A DNA stretch of 13,820 nt from Candidatus Sumerlaeia bacterium (GCA_038208905.1 JBBQYG010000103.1:1-13820), one strand, 5' to 3'; shown: positions 6,968 to 13,820, counted from the stretch's first letter. The notes: generated by a model from the letters alone, not told the origin. Translations and numbers: made by a program.

Positions 6968-8385
6968 TCGGTGCTCTCCGCCAGCGCCGTATAGACCTTC
7001 TCGCGCAGCGCACGCACGTCCGCCGGCGTTCCTATGTACCCATTCGCAAGGAACGAGTAAACCAGCCAGCGCCCGTCGGTCCTCTGGATATAGCCGGAGA
7101 TCGTGCTCACAGCCGCCATGCCGCCGGGCTTGGCGTGAACGCGCTGCTCCTGCTTTCCATCAGATAGGGTGACTGTATAGACAGGCAGACTGTCGAAGAA
7201 GGACTGCTTCTCCCGGTGCTTCCACATGTAGCGGAGGAGACGGATCGAGGAATCCGCGCTGATCAGGTTGTAGCGCGAGAGGCCAGATCCATCCACCAGT
7301 CGGAAGGAGCCCTTCTCCAGTCCCGCCCGATCCACCAGCCACTCGCTGATGATCGTGGCGCCCGCTGGCCAGGTGGAGGGAACCTTGCTCCGCACGACGC
7401 CGAGGTCATGGAGCAGCATCTCGCCGATGGCATTCTCGCTGACCTTGTTGAAGCGGCGGATGGCCTCGCCCAGCGGGCGAGAGTCGTGGGCCAGGAGCGG
7501 CGTGACCGAAACAGGCTCTCGGGAAACGCGGACGCCGCCCTCCACAGCGACGCCCTCCTCCCTGAGCATCTCGATGAACACGGCGCCGATCCACGGCGCG
7601 GGATCGTGCATCGTCAGGGTCTGGGTTGTGGCCGCGTCGGCCCCCGCCCATGTGCCAGTCACGAGGATGTCCTCCGTGAAAGGCTTCCGGGTCACAGTCA
7701 CGTTTGTCTCTGTGCCAGCCGCGATATCGACGCGGAGCCGCGGAAACTCGGCCGCGGGAGCGAGGCTCACCACCGGAGGCGGCACGATCAGCGAGCCTGC
7801 CCCCTTGGTCGCCGCGGGCGCGATCTGCACGGTCATGACATTGAAATCCATCATCATGGCCGCGATGCTCATGTTGTAGCCGTCGGGGTCGTCGTCCCAC
7901 ATCCAGCCTGGCCCCTTCAGCGGCAGACCAAAAAGCGAGACATCCACCACGATGTCCCCGCCAATCTCCGCAATGCCAAGGTCCGTGCGGACACGACGCG
8001 CCAGGCTTCGCAGGTCGTCGCTGGAGAACATCGGGTCTCCCCCGCCCTTGATGACCAGGTTTCCGCCAAGGCGGTGCTCCCGCATGAATCCCTCGAACCC
8101 GATCAGCGTCTGGAATCGGTGCGCCGATCCGAACTCGTCAAGCACGGCGGAGGATGTGTATATCTTGAGATTGGAGGCCGGCGTGAAGAGCACGTCACCA
8201 GCCCGATCATAGAGCACCTTGCCCGATTCGACATCCGCCACCTTGAGCGACATGTTCGTGCGCTTGGTGGCGGCGCTCTCGGTAAAGAGCGCGTCGATAC
8301 GCGCGGCGAGCGTGCCTGCCTGCGCGAGGATTGGAAGCGCCGCCATAAAGGCGACGAAGGCGATTTTATTCAGGGTCCTACGCAT
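6964..8385 (-). CDS. dacB: D-alanyl-D-alanine carboxypeptidase/endopeptidase, PBP4 (peptidase S13) family
   Basis: Start ATG 8385 with SD GGGAGG (8400-8395) and a signal peptide MRRTLNKIAFVAFMAALPILAQA. Motifs: FTPASNLK (SxxK), GGGDP, GPGWMWDD, NKVSEN (SxN), DGSGLSRYN. The third motif is KPG instead of KTG. The track's 8739 start overlaps the kinase gene and is rejected. Confidence 0.92.
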   Translation of the reverse strand: MRRTLNKIAFVAFMAALPILAQAGTLAARIDALFTESAATKRTNMSLKVADVESGKVLYDRAGDVLFTPASNLKIYTSSAVLDEFGSAHRFQTLIGFEGFMREHRLGGNLVIKGGGDPMFSSDDLRSLARRVRTDLGIAEIGGDIVVDVSLFGLPLKGPGWMWDDDPDGYNMSIAAMMMDFNVMTVQIAPAATKGAGSLIVPPPVVSLAPAAEFPRLRVDIAAGTETNVTVTRKPFTEDILVTGTWAGADAATTQTLTMHDPAPWIGAVFIEMLREEGVAVEGGVRVSREPVSVTPLLAHDSRPLGEAIRRFNKVSENAIGEMLLHDLGVVRSKVPSTWPAGATIISEWLVDRAGLEKGSFRLVDGSGLSRYNLISADSSIRLLRYMWKHREKQSFFDSLPVYTVTLSDGKQEQRVHAKPGGMAAVSTISGYIQRTDGRWLVYSFLANGYIGTPADVRALREKVYTALAESTD

Positions 8386-8568
8386 CGGGGACGACCTCCC
8401 GGGTTGGGTACAAAAGCATTTGGCGAGGCGGATGGGGGGGGACAACCAGTTCCTCCAGAGCGAGCGGTCCCGGGTATCCGCGATCAGTCGCTGGACAAGT
8501 TGATCGGGGAACAATTCTGGATGGTCTTCTGACCCTCCGCCGGAATATCCTTGGAATTCCACGACCAA

Positions 8569-8598
8569 TGCCGGGAAGGTGCAGCCACCTTCCCGGCA
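8569..8598. promoter_or_regulatory. Perfect 13-bp inverted repeat just upstream of the histidine kinase start
   Basis: TGCCGGGAAGGTG (8569-8581) - CAGC - CACCTTCCCGGCA (8586-8598), ending 10 nt before ATG 8609. There is no U-tract on either side, and its function is inferred only. Confidence 0.55.
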
Positions 8599-8608
8599 CA
8601 GGCGACCG

Positions 8609-10348
8609 ATGACGCTGTCGTACATCCCTATCCTCGCCATCCTCCTGATCAACCTGGCGGTGATCGCCTGGGTGATCAAGAACCAGGATAGGACGCGGTC
8701 GGGGTTCTTCCTGATCGTGAACGCGCTTTCGCTGATCATCTGGGCAGGCGGACAGGCTCTCTATCGCAACATCGGAACGGAGCTCCCATGGGTGCTCTCG
8801 CTCCCCTACCTGGCGGCGCTGATCGTGCCGGGGAACTTTTTGTATTACGCGCTGACGCGACCACATCCCCTTACGCCGGGCTGGCGGAGCCCCGTCGGCA
8901 TCCTTGTGATCTTCGCGCCGGCGGTGGTGCTGTCGGCGGCGGAGAACTACTCCATGGGCGACGTGCAGCGGCTCTTCGGATACAGCTATCGCGTGCGCGA
9001 CATCCTCTTCGAGAGCATCACGCGTCGCCTGACGGTGCTATATCTGATCGTCTTCCTTGGTGCGGCGCTGGTGGTGCTGGGCGTGCGCTACTACACGTCG
9101 GCTGGGCCAGAGCGGAACACCTGCAAGCACCTGATCGCGACGATCCTTGGCCCGCTGATGTTCGCGGGGATTTTCTGGGCGAGCACCGTCGAGGGTGATC
9201 CCGCGGCGATTCCGTCGCCAAGCTTCCTCTTCGCGATTATGGCACAGGGCGGGCTCGTGGTCGTACTCAGGCAGGAGGAACTCGGCAAGCCGCGAACACT
9301 GGGTCGTGCCGTGTATTATTTGACGGCGGTGCTTATCGCGTTCGTCCTGATAAACCTGCTATCGGAATTCTACAGCTTTGCGGCGGGGTCCATCATGCTG
9401 GAGCGTACCGCCGGCTGGATGATGCTGGGCGCGACGCTGGCGCTCCTGCTGGTGGCGCGACTGCGCTTTGTGGAGCATACCTTCGAGCGGCTGCTGTTCA
9501 CGCGCGCCACGGAGTATCGCCAGGCGATGGACGAAACGCGGCAGGAACTCCGCGAGGCCCGCGAACGCCTCCACCGCGCCGAGCGCCTTTCCATGGTCGG
9601 CGAGGTGGCCGCCCGCGTCGCCCACGAGATCAAGAACCCACTTGGGCCGATCCGCGGCTATGCCCAGATGATGCGCGAAAAACTGGAGAAGGATCCCAGC
9701 CTCGCCCACCGCGACGACTTCAGGGAGTACCTTGATGTGATTACCGAGGAGGTGGAGAACATCGACCGTCGCGTCAAAGAGTTCCTCTCCTCGGCGCGAC
9801 AACCCCAGCTTCACATCGGTTCGTTTCCGCTCAACGATATGGTCGAGCGGTGCGCGCGAGTGATCCGGCTGGAGCTTACCGCGGGGCGCGACATCGGAGG
9901 AGAGGTCCTGCCGATCCGCGTGGAGTGCGAAACGGACCCGGCGATCACGGATATCAGAGCCGATGCTTCCCGCCTTGAGGAGGCGATCTTCAATCTGGCG
10001 CGCAATGCGCTGGAGGCGCTGGGCGAACAGACCCGCGGCCGCATCTTGTTCCGCACGGTTGCTGTTCAGGGCCCCGATGGCGAACCGGGCGCGCAGATAT
10101 CCATCGCCGACAACGGCCCCGGATTCCCGCCAGACAAGATGAACCGATTCTTCGAGCCCTTCTTCACCCAGAAGGAAGGCGGAACGGGCCTTGGCCTCGC
10201 GATCGTGAAGAGCACTGTCGAGGCCCACGGTGGGACGATCAGCCTGCGCAACCGGGAATTGGGTGGCGGGGAGGTTAGCATGTGGATGCCGCTGGTCGCG
10301 CGCGAGAATCCCGGCGCCCTGCTGCCAAAACCAATCACGGAGCGCTAA
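8609..10348 (+). CDS. Membrane sensor histidine kinase (~9 TM helices + HisKA + HATPase_c), NtrB/AtoS-like H-box; no cognate regulator in window
   Basis: About nine hydrophobic segments in the first ~290 aa. H-box VAHEIKNPLGPIRGYAQ, N-box NLARNA, G1 DNGPG, F-box FFEPFFTQK, G2 GGTGLGL. ATG 8609 is preferred over GTG 8579, which lies inside the hairpin. Confidence 0.93.
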   Translation: MTLSYIPILAILLINLAVIAWVIKNQDRTRSGFFLIVNALSLIIWAGGQALYRNIGTELPWVLSLPYLAALIVPGNFLYYALTRPHPLTPGWRSPVGILVIFAPAVVLSAAENYSMGDVQRLFGYSYRVRDILFESITRRLTVLYLIVFLGAALVVLGVRYYTSAGPERNTCKHLIATILGPLMFAGIFWASTVEGDPAAIPSPSFLFAIMAQGGLVVVLRQEELGKPRTLGRAVYYLTAVLIAFVLINLLSEFYSFAAGSIMLERTAGWMMLGATLALLLVARLRFVEHTFERLLFTRATEYRQAMDETRQELREARERLHRAERLSMVGEVAARVAHEIKNPLGPIRGYAQMMREKLEKDPSLAHRDDFREYLDVITEEVENIDRRVKEFLSSARQPQLHIGSFPLNDMVERCARVIRLELTAGRDIGGEVLPIRVECETDPAITDIRADASRLEEAIFNLARNALEALGEQTRGRILFRTVAVQGPDGEPGAQISIADNGPGFPPDKMNRFFEPFFTQKEGGTGLGLAIVKSTVEAHGGTISLRNRELGGGEVSMWMPLVARENPGALLPKPITER

Positions 10349-10415
10349 AGCAGAGGGCAGCGACCCAGCAAATCCACTCAGTATCCATTAGTTTTCCCCA
10401 CTTTCCCATTCCGAT

Positions 10416-10446
10416 ACAAGTTGCCTTGCGTCGCGAGCCCACTTGT
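10416..10446. promoter_or_regulatory. 31-bp imperfect dyad, candidate operator upstream of the PIN/TRAM gene
   Basis: ACAAGT-TGCCTTGCG-T-CGCGAGCCC-ACTTGT, symmetric about 10431 with 12 of 15 positions Watson-Crick. It overlaps a weak TTGCGT-N17-TTCCCT promoter-like match. Confidence 0.35.
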
Positions 10447-10472
10447 GCTTCCCTAGGGTCTTGGAGTCTGCG

Positions 10473-11543
10473 ATGCAACCAATCTGGATTATCCGCCTCT
10501 TATTTGTCCTTACCCTCACCCTTTGTGGGTACTGGGTCGGGCGGACGCAGTATCCGGTCAAGGGGATCGAGTTCTCGGGGATGGCACTCGTGCTATCGCT
10601 CTTCGTGGTGACGCTGGAGTACGCCAGCCGCGCGCTTTCCGCCAAGAAGATCGTGCTGGGTATCGCAGGAGCATTCGTGGGGCTCCTCTTCTCACGCCTA
10701 TTCCGCGACACATTTCCCGAGAGCATGCTCGGTGGCCAGGACGCCGTGAAGGCCTCGTTCAACCTCCTGTTCATGTACTTGGGCGTGACGATGGCGCTGC
10801 GCAACGCAGACCGCATTTCCCTCTCCCGGCTCCAGCTCTTCGTGGCGTCCCCGCGGGAGGACTCGGTGCTTCTGGACACGTCGGTCATCATCGACGGGCG
10901 CATCCGCGAGTTGTATGCGCTCGGGTTCATGGGAAAGCTCCCCATCGTGCCGACCTTCGTGGTGGACGAATTGCAGAAGCTGGCGGATTCCCGCGATGCC
11001 GGTAAGCGCCACACGGGCCGCAAGGGGCTGGAGAATCTGGAAGCGTTCCGCGAGGTTGTGAACTTCCAGTTGATGGAGAAGGACTATCCCGAAGCGGCGG
11101 ACGTGGACCACAAGCTGATCGCGCTAGCCAAGGAAATCGGCGGCACGATCCTGACGACGGACTACAACTTGGCCAAGGTGGCGGTCCTGCATCGGGTCAA
11201 GGCGCTCAATCTCAACTCCGCCGCGGCTGCGATGCGCCCCAATCTCAACGTCGGCGACCAATTGGTCCTCTCCATCACCAAGGAGGGGAAGGACGCGCGC
11301 CAAGGAGTGGGCTATCTGGAGGACGGCACGATGGTGGTCGTGGACGAGGCCAAGCCCTTCATCGGGCGCAGCGTCCCCATCTCGGTCCTCAGCATGATGC
11401 ACACTCAGGCAGGGCGCCTCGTATTCGGGCGCCTGCTGGATGATCCAGATCATCTGGCCCGCACGGAATCCGGCAAGCTGGATTCCGGCAAGTTCGAATC
11501 CGGGCGATTCGAATCCGCCGCATCAACAGGCTCGCGCAACTGA
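10473..11543 (+). CDS. Membrane-anchored PIN/TRAM domain protein (YacL-like putative RNase)
   Basis: Four N-terminal TM segments. PIN motifs: LLDTSVIIDGRI, FVVDELQKLADS, VDHKLIALAK, TTDYNLAKVA. TRAM motif: KEGKDARQGVGYLEDGTMVVV...QAGRLVFG. ATG 10473 with GGAG SD at 10463-10466. Confidence 0.93.
   Translation: MQPIWIIRLLFVLTLTLCGYWVGRTQYPVKGIEFSGMALVLSLFVVTLEYASRALSAKKIVLGIAGAFVGLLFSRLFRDTFPESMLGGQDAVKASFNLLFMYLGVTMALRNADRISLSRLQLFVASPREDSVLLDTSVIIDGRIRELYALGFMGKLPIVPTFVVDELQKLADSRDAGKRHTGRKGLENLEAFREVVNFQLMEKDYPEAADVDHKLIALAKEIGGTILTTDYNLAKVAVLHRVKALNLNSAAAAMRPNLNVGDQLVLSITKEGKDARQGVGYLEDGTMVVVDEAKPFIGRSVPISVLSMMHTQAGRLVFGRLLDDPDHLARTESGKLDSGKFESGRFESAASTGSRN
11466..11516 (+). repeat. Degenerate 15-bp in-frame tandem repeat (~3.4 copies)
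   Basis: gaatccggcaagctg / gattccggcaagttc / gaatccgggcgattc / gaatcc, encoding ESGKL-DSGKF-ESGRF-ES. Confidence 0.8.
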
Positions 11544-11562
11544 GGGACCACCTCAGTCCCTC
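11542..11562. terminator. Stem-loop spanning the convergent stops of the PIN/TRAM gene and the small ORF
   Basis: GAGGGAC (11542-11548) / GTCCCTC (11556-11562) with a 7-nt loop. Alternative stem CTGAGG/CCTCAG. Only a weak pyrimidine tail follows. Confidence 0.4.
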
Positions 11563-11777
11563 TCTGCCTCCCGCTGAATCAATCCCGAAACGACCTTGTC
11601 GAGAGTGCCCGCGCCGCTCCCCGTTGCCGCATTGGTGGCGGCGAGGAACGGCCACAGGTCATCTGGAATGAGCGAGACGGATTCCGACGCAGCGGCGTCA
11701 TCGGCCATCGGCTGAGCCTGAAGGTTGCAAACCGACATGGTCAGCAAGAACGGAACGATGCGGAGGAGTCGAATCAA
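11553..11777 (-). CDS. Small hypothetical protein (74 aa) with a putative Sec signal peptide
   Basis: TTG start with AGGAAGG 9 nt upstream. N-terminus MIRLLRIVPFLLTMSVCNLQA|QP. The ORF fills the gap between two + strand genes without overlapping them. Confidence 0.55.
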   Translation of the reverse strand: MIRLLRIVPFLLTMSVCNLQAQPMADDAAASESVSLIPDDLWPFLAATNAATGSGAGTLDKVVSGLIQREAERD

Positions 11778-11866
11778 GGAGTGTCGCCTTCCTGCTCGGA
11801 TATCTGACTCATGCCACCACCGCCCCGCGGGAGTTTTCGCTCGAATCAGAAACAGAACCTCCCCGG

Positions 11867-11895
11867 TTGACCCGGCTGGAGCATGACGATAAAAG
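11867..11895 (+). promoter_or_regulatory. Candidate sigma70-type promoter for the acetylesterase gene
   Basis: TTGACC (11867-11872) - 17 nt - TAAAAG (11890-11895) in an AT-richer patch, ~30 nt before ATG 11927. Confidence 0.45.
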
Positions 11896-11926
11896 TTAGT
11901 CCAATTCTCGATTGAGGCGCGCAGGG

Positions 11927-13516
11927 ATGAAGCGAATTTGGCATGCTCTTCGGGTGGCCCTGGCTCTGATGCCGGTATTGGGAGGCGTTCAGTTTGCCTC
12001 CGCCGAGGTGAGACTTCCGTCGCTGCTCGGCGACAACCTCGTACTTCAGCGCCAGCAACCGGTCCCCATCTGGGGATGGGCGGAGCCCGGCGAGGAAGTC
12101 ACCGTTGCGATGCGGGGCCAAGAGCGGAAAGCCGTGGCCGACGCGGACGGAAAGTGGCGGGTGGCATTTGATCCGATGGAAGCCGTCGCGGAGCCCTTCG
12201 CCATAGAAGTGAAAGGTACCAATTCGATCACGCTGAACAACGCGTTGGTGGGCGAGGTGTGGTTCTGCTCCGGCCAGTCCAACATGTATATGCAGGTCCA
12301 GAATTCGGCGCACTACAAGGAGACGCTTGAGGACGCGGCGGATCCACTCCTCCGCCAAATCACCTTCCCGATGGCGGCGAGCGCCACCCCGCGCGACGAG
12401 GCGGAGGGGAAGTGGGTCGAAAGCAACACCGATAGCGTCGGGAGTTTTTCCGGCGTGGCCTATTACTTTGCGAGACGACTTCGCGAGGAGACAGGCGTCC
12501 CGGTCGGGCTCATCCACAGTTCATGGGGCGGCACGCTGATCGAGCCCTGGATTTCTCCCGCGGCGATCCAGACCGACCCAGCGCTGGAGCGGCTTCGCAC
12601 GACGCTTGCCACGGTTGAGAAGGATGCAACGGATCACTCCGCCAACTATGCCGAGTATAGACAGATATACATTCAGCGCCAGAATGAGCTTCCCGAATTG
12701 CACAAGAAGTGGGTCGAGGAGACCAAGCGGCGCGAGGCGGAGAACCTAGACCCGGAGCCGGAGCCCACGCTCTCCCGCAATGCCCCCGGCAGCCACCAGC
12801 TTCCCGGATTCCTTTACAACTCGATGGTCCATCCGGCGACCCCCTATGCAATCCGCGGTGCCCTATGGTACCAGGGCGAATCGAATACCTACAACAACGT
12901 GGACATCTACGAGGACCTGCTGGTGGCCCTCGTCAAGAGCTGGCGCGCGGCATGGGGCCAGGACGTGTGGTTCCTCTGCGTGCAGCTACCGAACTACCAC
13001 CCGCTCCAGACGGAACCCGTCGAGAAAAGCGGCTGGGCACGAGTCCGGGAGGCCGAGCGTCGCGCAATGGCGCGGCTGGACCGCGCCGGTCTGGCGACCA
13101 CGATCGACATCGGCGACGCGGCGGACATTCACCCGCTCAACAAGCGCGACGTGGGAATCCGCCTCGCCAATATCGCGCTGGCCGAGTGCTACAACGTTGC
13201 CGGGATCGCGGCGCACTCTCCCGCGATGAAATCGGTCAAGTTCGACGGGGCCAAGGCGCGCGTCATCTTCGAGCACGCGGACGGCCTGACGACGAAGGAT
13301 GGCAAGCCGCCCGCGACGTTTGCAATCGCCGGTGCCGACAAGAAGTGGGTATTCGCGAATGCGGTGCTGGAGGGAGCCGAAGTCGTGCTCTCCGCCGAAG
13401 GTGTCGCGGAACCCGTCGCCGTCCGCCTCGGATGGGCCAACAATCCGCCGATTAACCTCGTGAATGCGGCGGGGCTTCCAGCGACGCCCTTTCGCACGGA
13501 TGACTGGGAGGAGTGA
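11927..13516 (+). CDS. Secreted sialate O-acetylesterase (SASA / SGNH-type) family protein
   Basis: Signal peptide ending ...QFASA|EVRLPSLLGDNLVLQR, then PIWGWA, GEVWFCSGQSNM (catalytic Ser), SSWGGT, WYQGESN, VQLPNY, DIHPLNK (DxH), N..GLPATPFRTDDW. Confidence 0.93.
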   Translation: MKRIWHALRVALALMPVLGGVQFASAEVRLPSLLGDNLVLQRQQPVPIWGWAEPGEEVTVAMRGQERKAVADADGKWRVAFDPMEAVAEPFAIEVKGTNSITLNNALVGEVWFCSGQSNMYMQVQNSAHYKETLEDAADPLLRQITFPMAASATPRDEAEGKWVESNTDSVGSFSGVAYYFARRLREETGVPVGLIHSSWGGTLIEPWISPAAIQTDPALERLRTTLATVEKDATDHSANYAEYRQIYIQRQNELPELHKKWVEETKRREAENLDPEPEPTLSRNAPGSHQLPGFLYNSMVHPATPYAIRGALWYQGESNTYNNVDIYEDLLVALVKSWRAAWGQDVWFLCVQLPNYHPLQTEPVEKSGWARVREAERRAMARLDRAGLATTIDIGDAADIHPLNKRDVGIRLANIALAECYNVAGIAAHSPAMKSVKFDGAKARVIFEHADGLTTKDGKPPATFAIAGADKKWVFANAVLEGAEVVLSAEGVAEPVAVRLGWANNPPINLVNAAGLPATPFRTDDWEE

Positions 13517-13733
13517 ATCTCGCCCCCGATGTCTTCCTCCCGTTTCTGCACCGGAAGTCCTGACAGCCTTTCTCGAAGCCCGGGATCGCGGGCGGCGGCT
13601 GGCTCCCCTATGTCGTCCACCCCGTCCGACCCGTACCGCAGTCGCTCCGCCCCCGACCCGTTCATGCCATAGCGGTAGTCCACCCGGTCCTCCACGTCCG
13701 TGGAGGGCGGCCCAGTCCGCACGTCGCGCGTGG

Positions 13734-13820
13734 ATGGGGCCGCGGCTCACCGTATATACAACCGACGGCCGCCTGCCGATCGACAACAACGCCGTCGAGC
13801 GCGCGGTCCGCCCCGTCGCG
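13734..13820 (+). mobile_element. IS66-family transposase (TnpC) fragment, 5'-truncated, continuing beyond the window
   Basis: Frame from 13734 reads MGPRLTVYTTDGRLPIDNNAVERAVRPVA, matching the IS66 TnpC C-terminal signature (..W..L..Y..DG.L.IDNN.AERA.RP.A). In-frame sequence upstream shows no transposase resemblance. Confidence 0.8.

Noticed and set aside
8565..8590. CCGGGAAGGTGCAGC resembling SRP RNA helix 8 (CAGGTCCGGAAGGAAGCAGC)
   Set aside because: It lacks the CAGG 5' side and the AGCAG internal loop, and is fully explained as one arm and loop of the 13-bp perfect hairpin.
8386..8739. 118-aa N-terminal extension of DacB given in the ORF track
   Set aside because: It overlaps the kinase gene antisense. 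A strong SD and a signal peptide mark ATG 8385 as the start.
11466..11516. Tandem repeat as a possible CRISPR or mini-array
   Set aside because: The units are 15 bp, degenerate, spacerless and in frame within a CDS, and there are no cas genes.
11720..11777. Lipoprotein signal in the 74-aa ORF (…TMSVC)
   Set aside because: The residues before Cys do not fit the lipobox (needs G/A/S at -1). A signal peptidase I site at LQA|Q fits better.
1..13516. Whole window as a defence island or prophage
   Set aside because: Composition and codon usage look uniform, the content is housekeeping (hinT, rmuC, glgC, dacB, YacL-like), and there is no integrase, phage gene or recognised defence operon.
12986..13789. 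Minus-strand ORFs 12986-13789 and 13189-13722 as full genes
   Set aside because: Most of their length is antisense to the acetylesterase. Only the ~13590-13722 part looks coding and is reported as a possible relic.

Overview
GC-rich bacterial chromosomal window of mostly housekeeping genes, with a decayed mobile-element edge at the right. From left to right: (-) a metallo-beta-lactamase-fold hydrolase that is missing from the ORF track because it has no stop in the window, resembles the Apyc1-type cyclic-nucleotide phosphodiesterases, and is coupled by an ATGA overlap to a HIT/HinT hydrolase; (+) an uncharacterised ~854-aa alpha-solenoid/HEAT-like protein, rmuC and a stand-alone glgC; (-) a PBP4/DacB-family peptidase whose KTG motif reads KPG; a highly self-complementary 223-bp divergent spacer; (+) an orphan ~9-TM histidine kinase and a YacL-like PIN/TRAM protein; (-) a 74-aa putative secreted protein; (+) a sialate O-acetylesterase-family protein; and a truncated IS66 transposase fragment running off the right edge. 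I saw no rRNA, tRNA or CRISPR array. No complete new system can be proven from sequence alone. The best leads are the HIT + Apyc1-like MBL pair facing the HEAT-protein/RmuC unit, the KPG-variant DacB, and the structured dacB/kinase spacer. All family calls come from manual motif recognition, not database searches.
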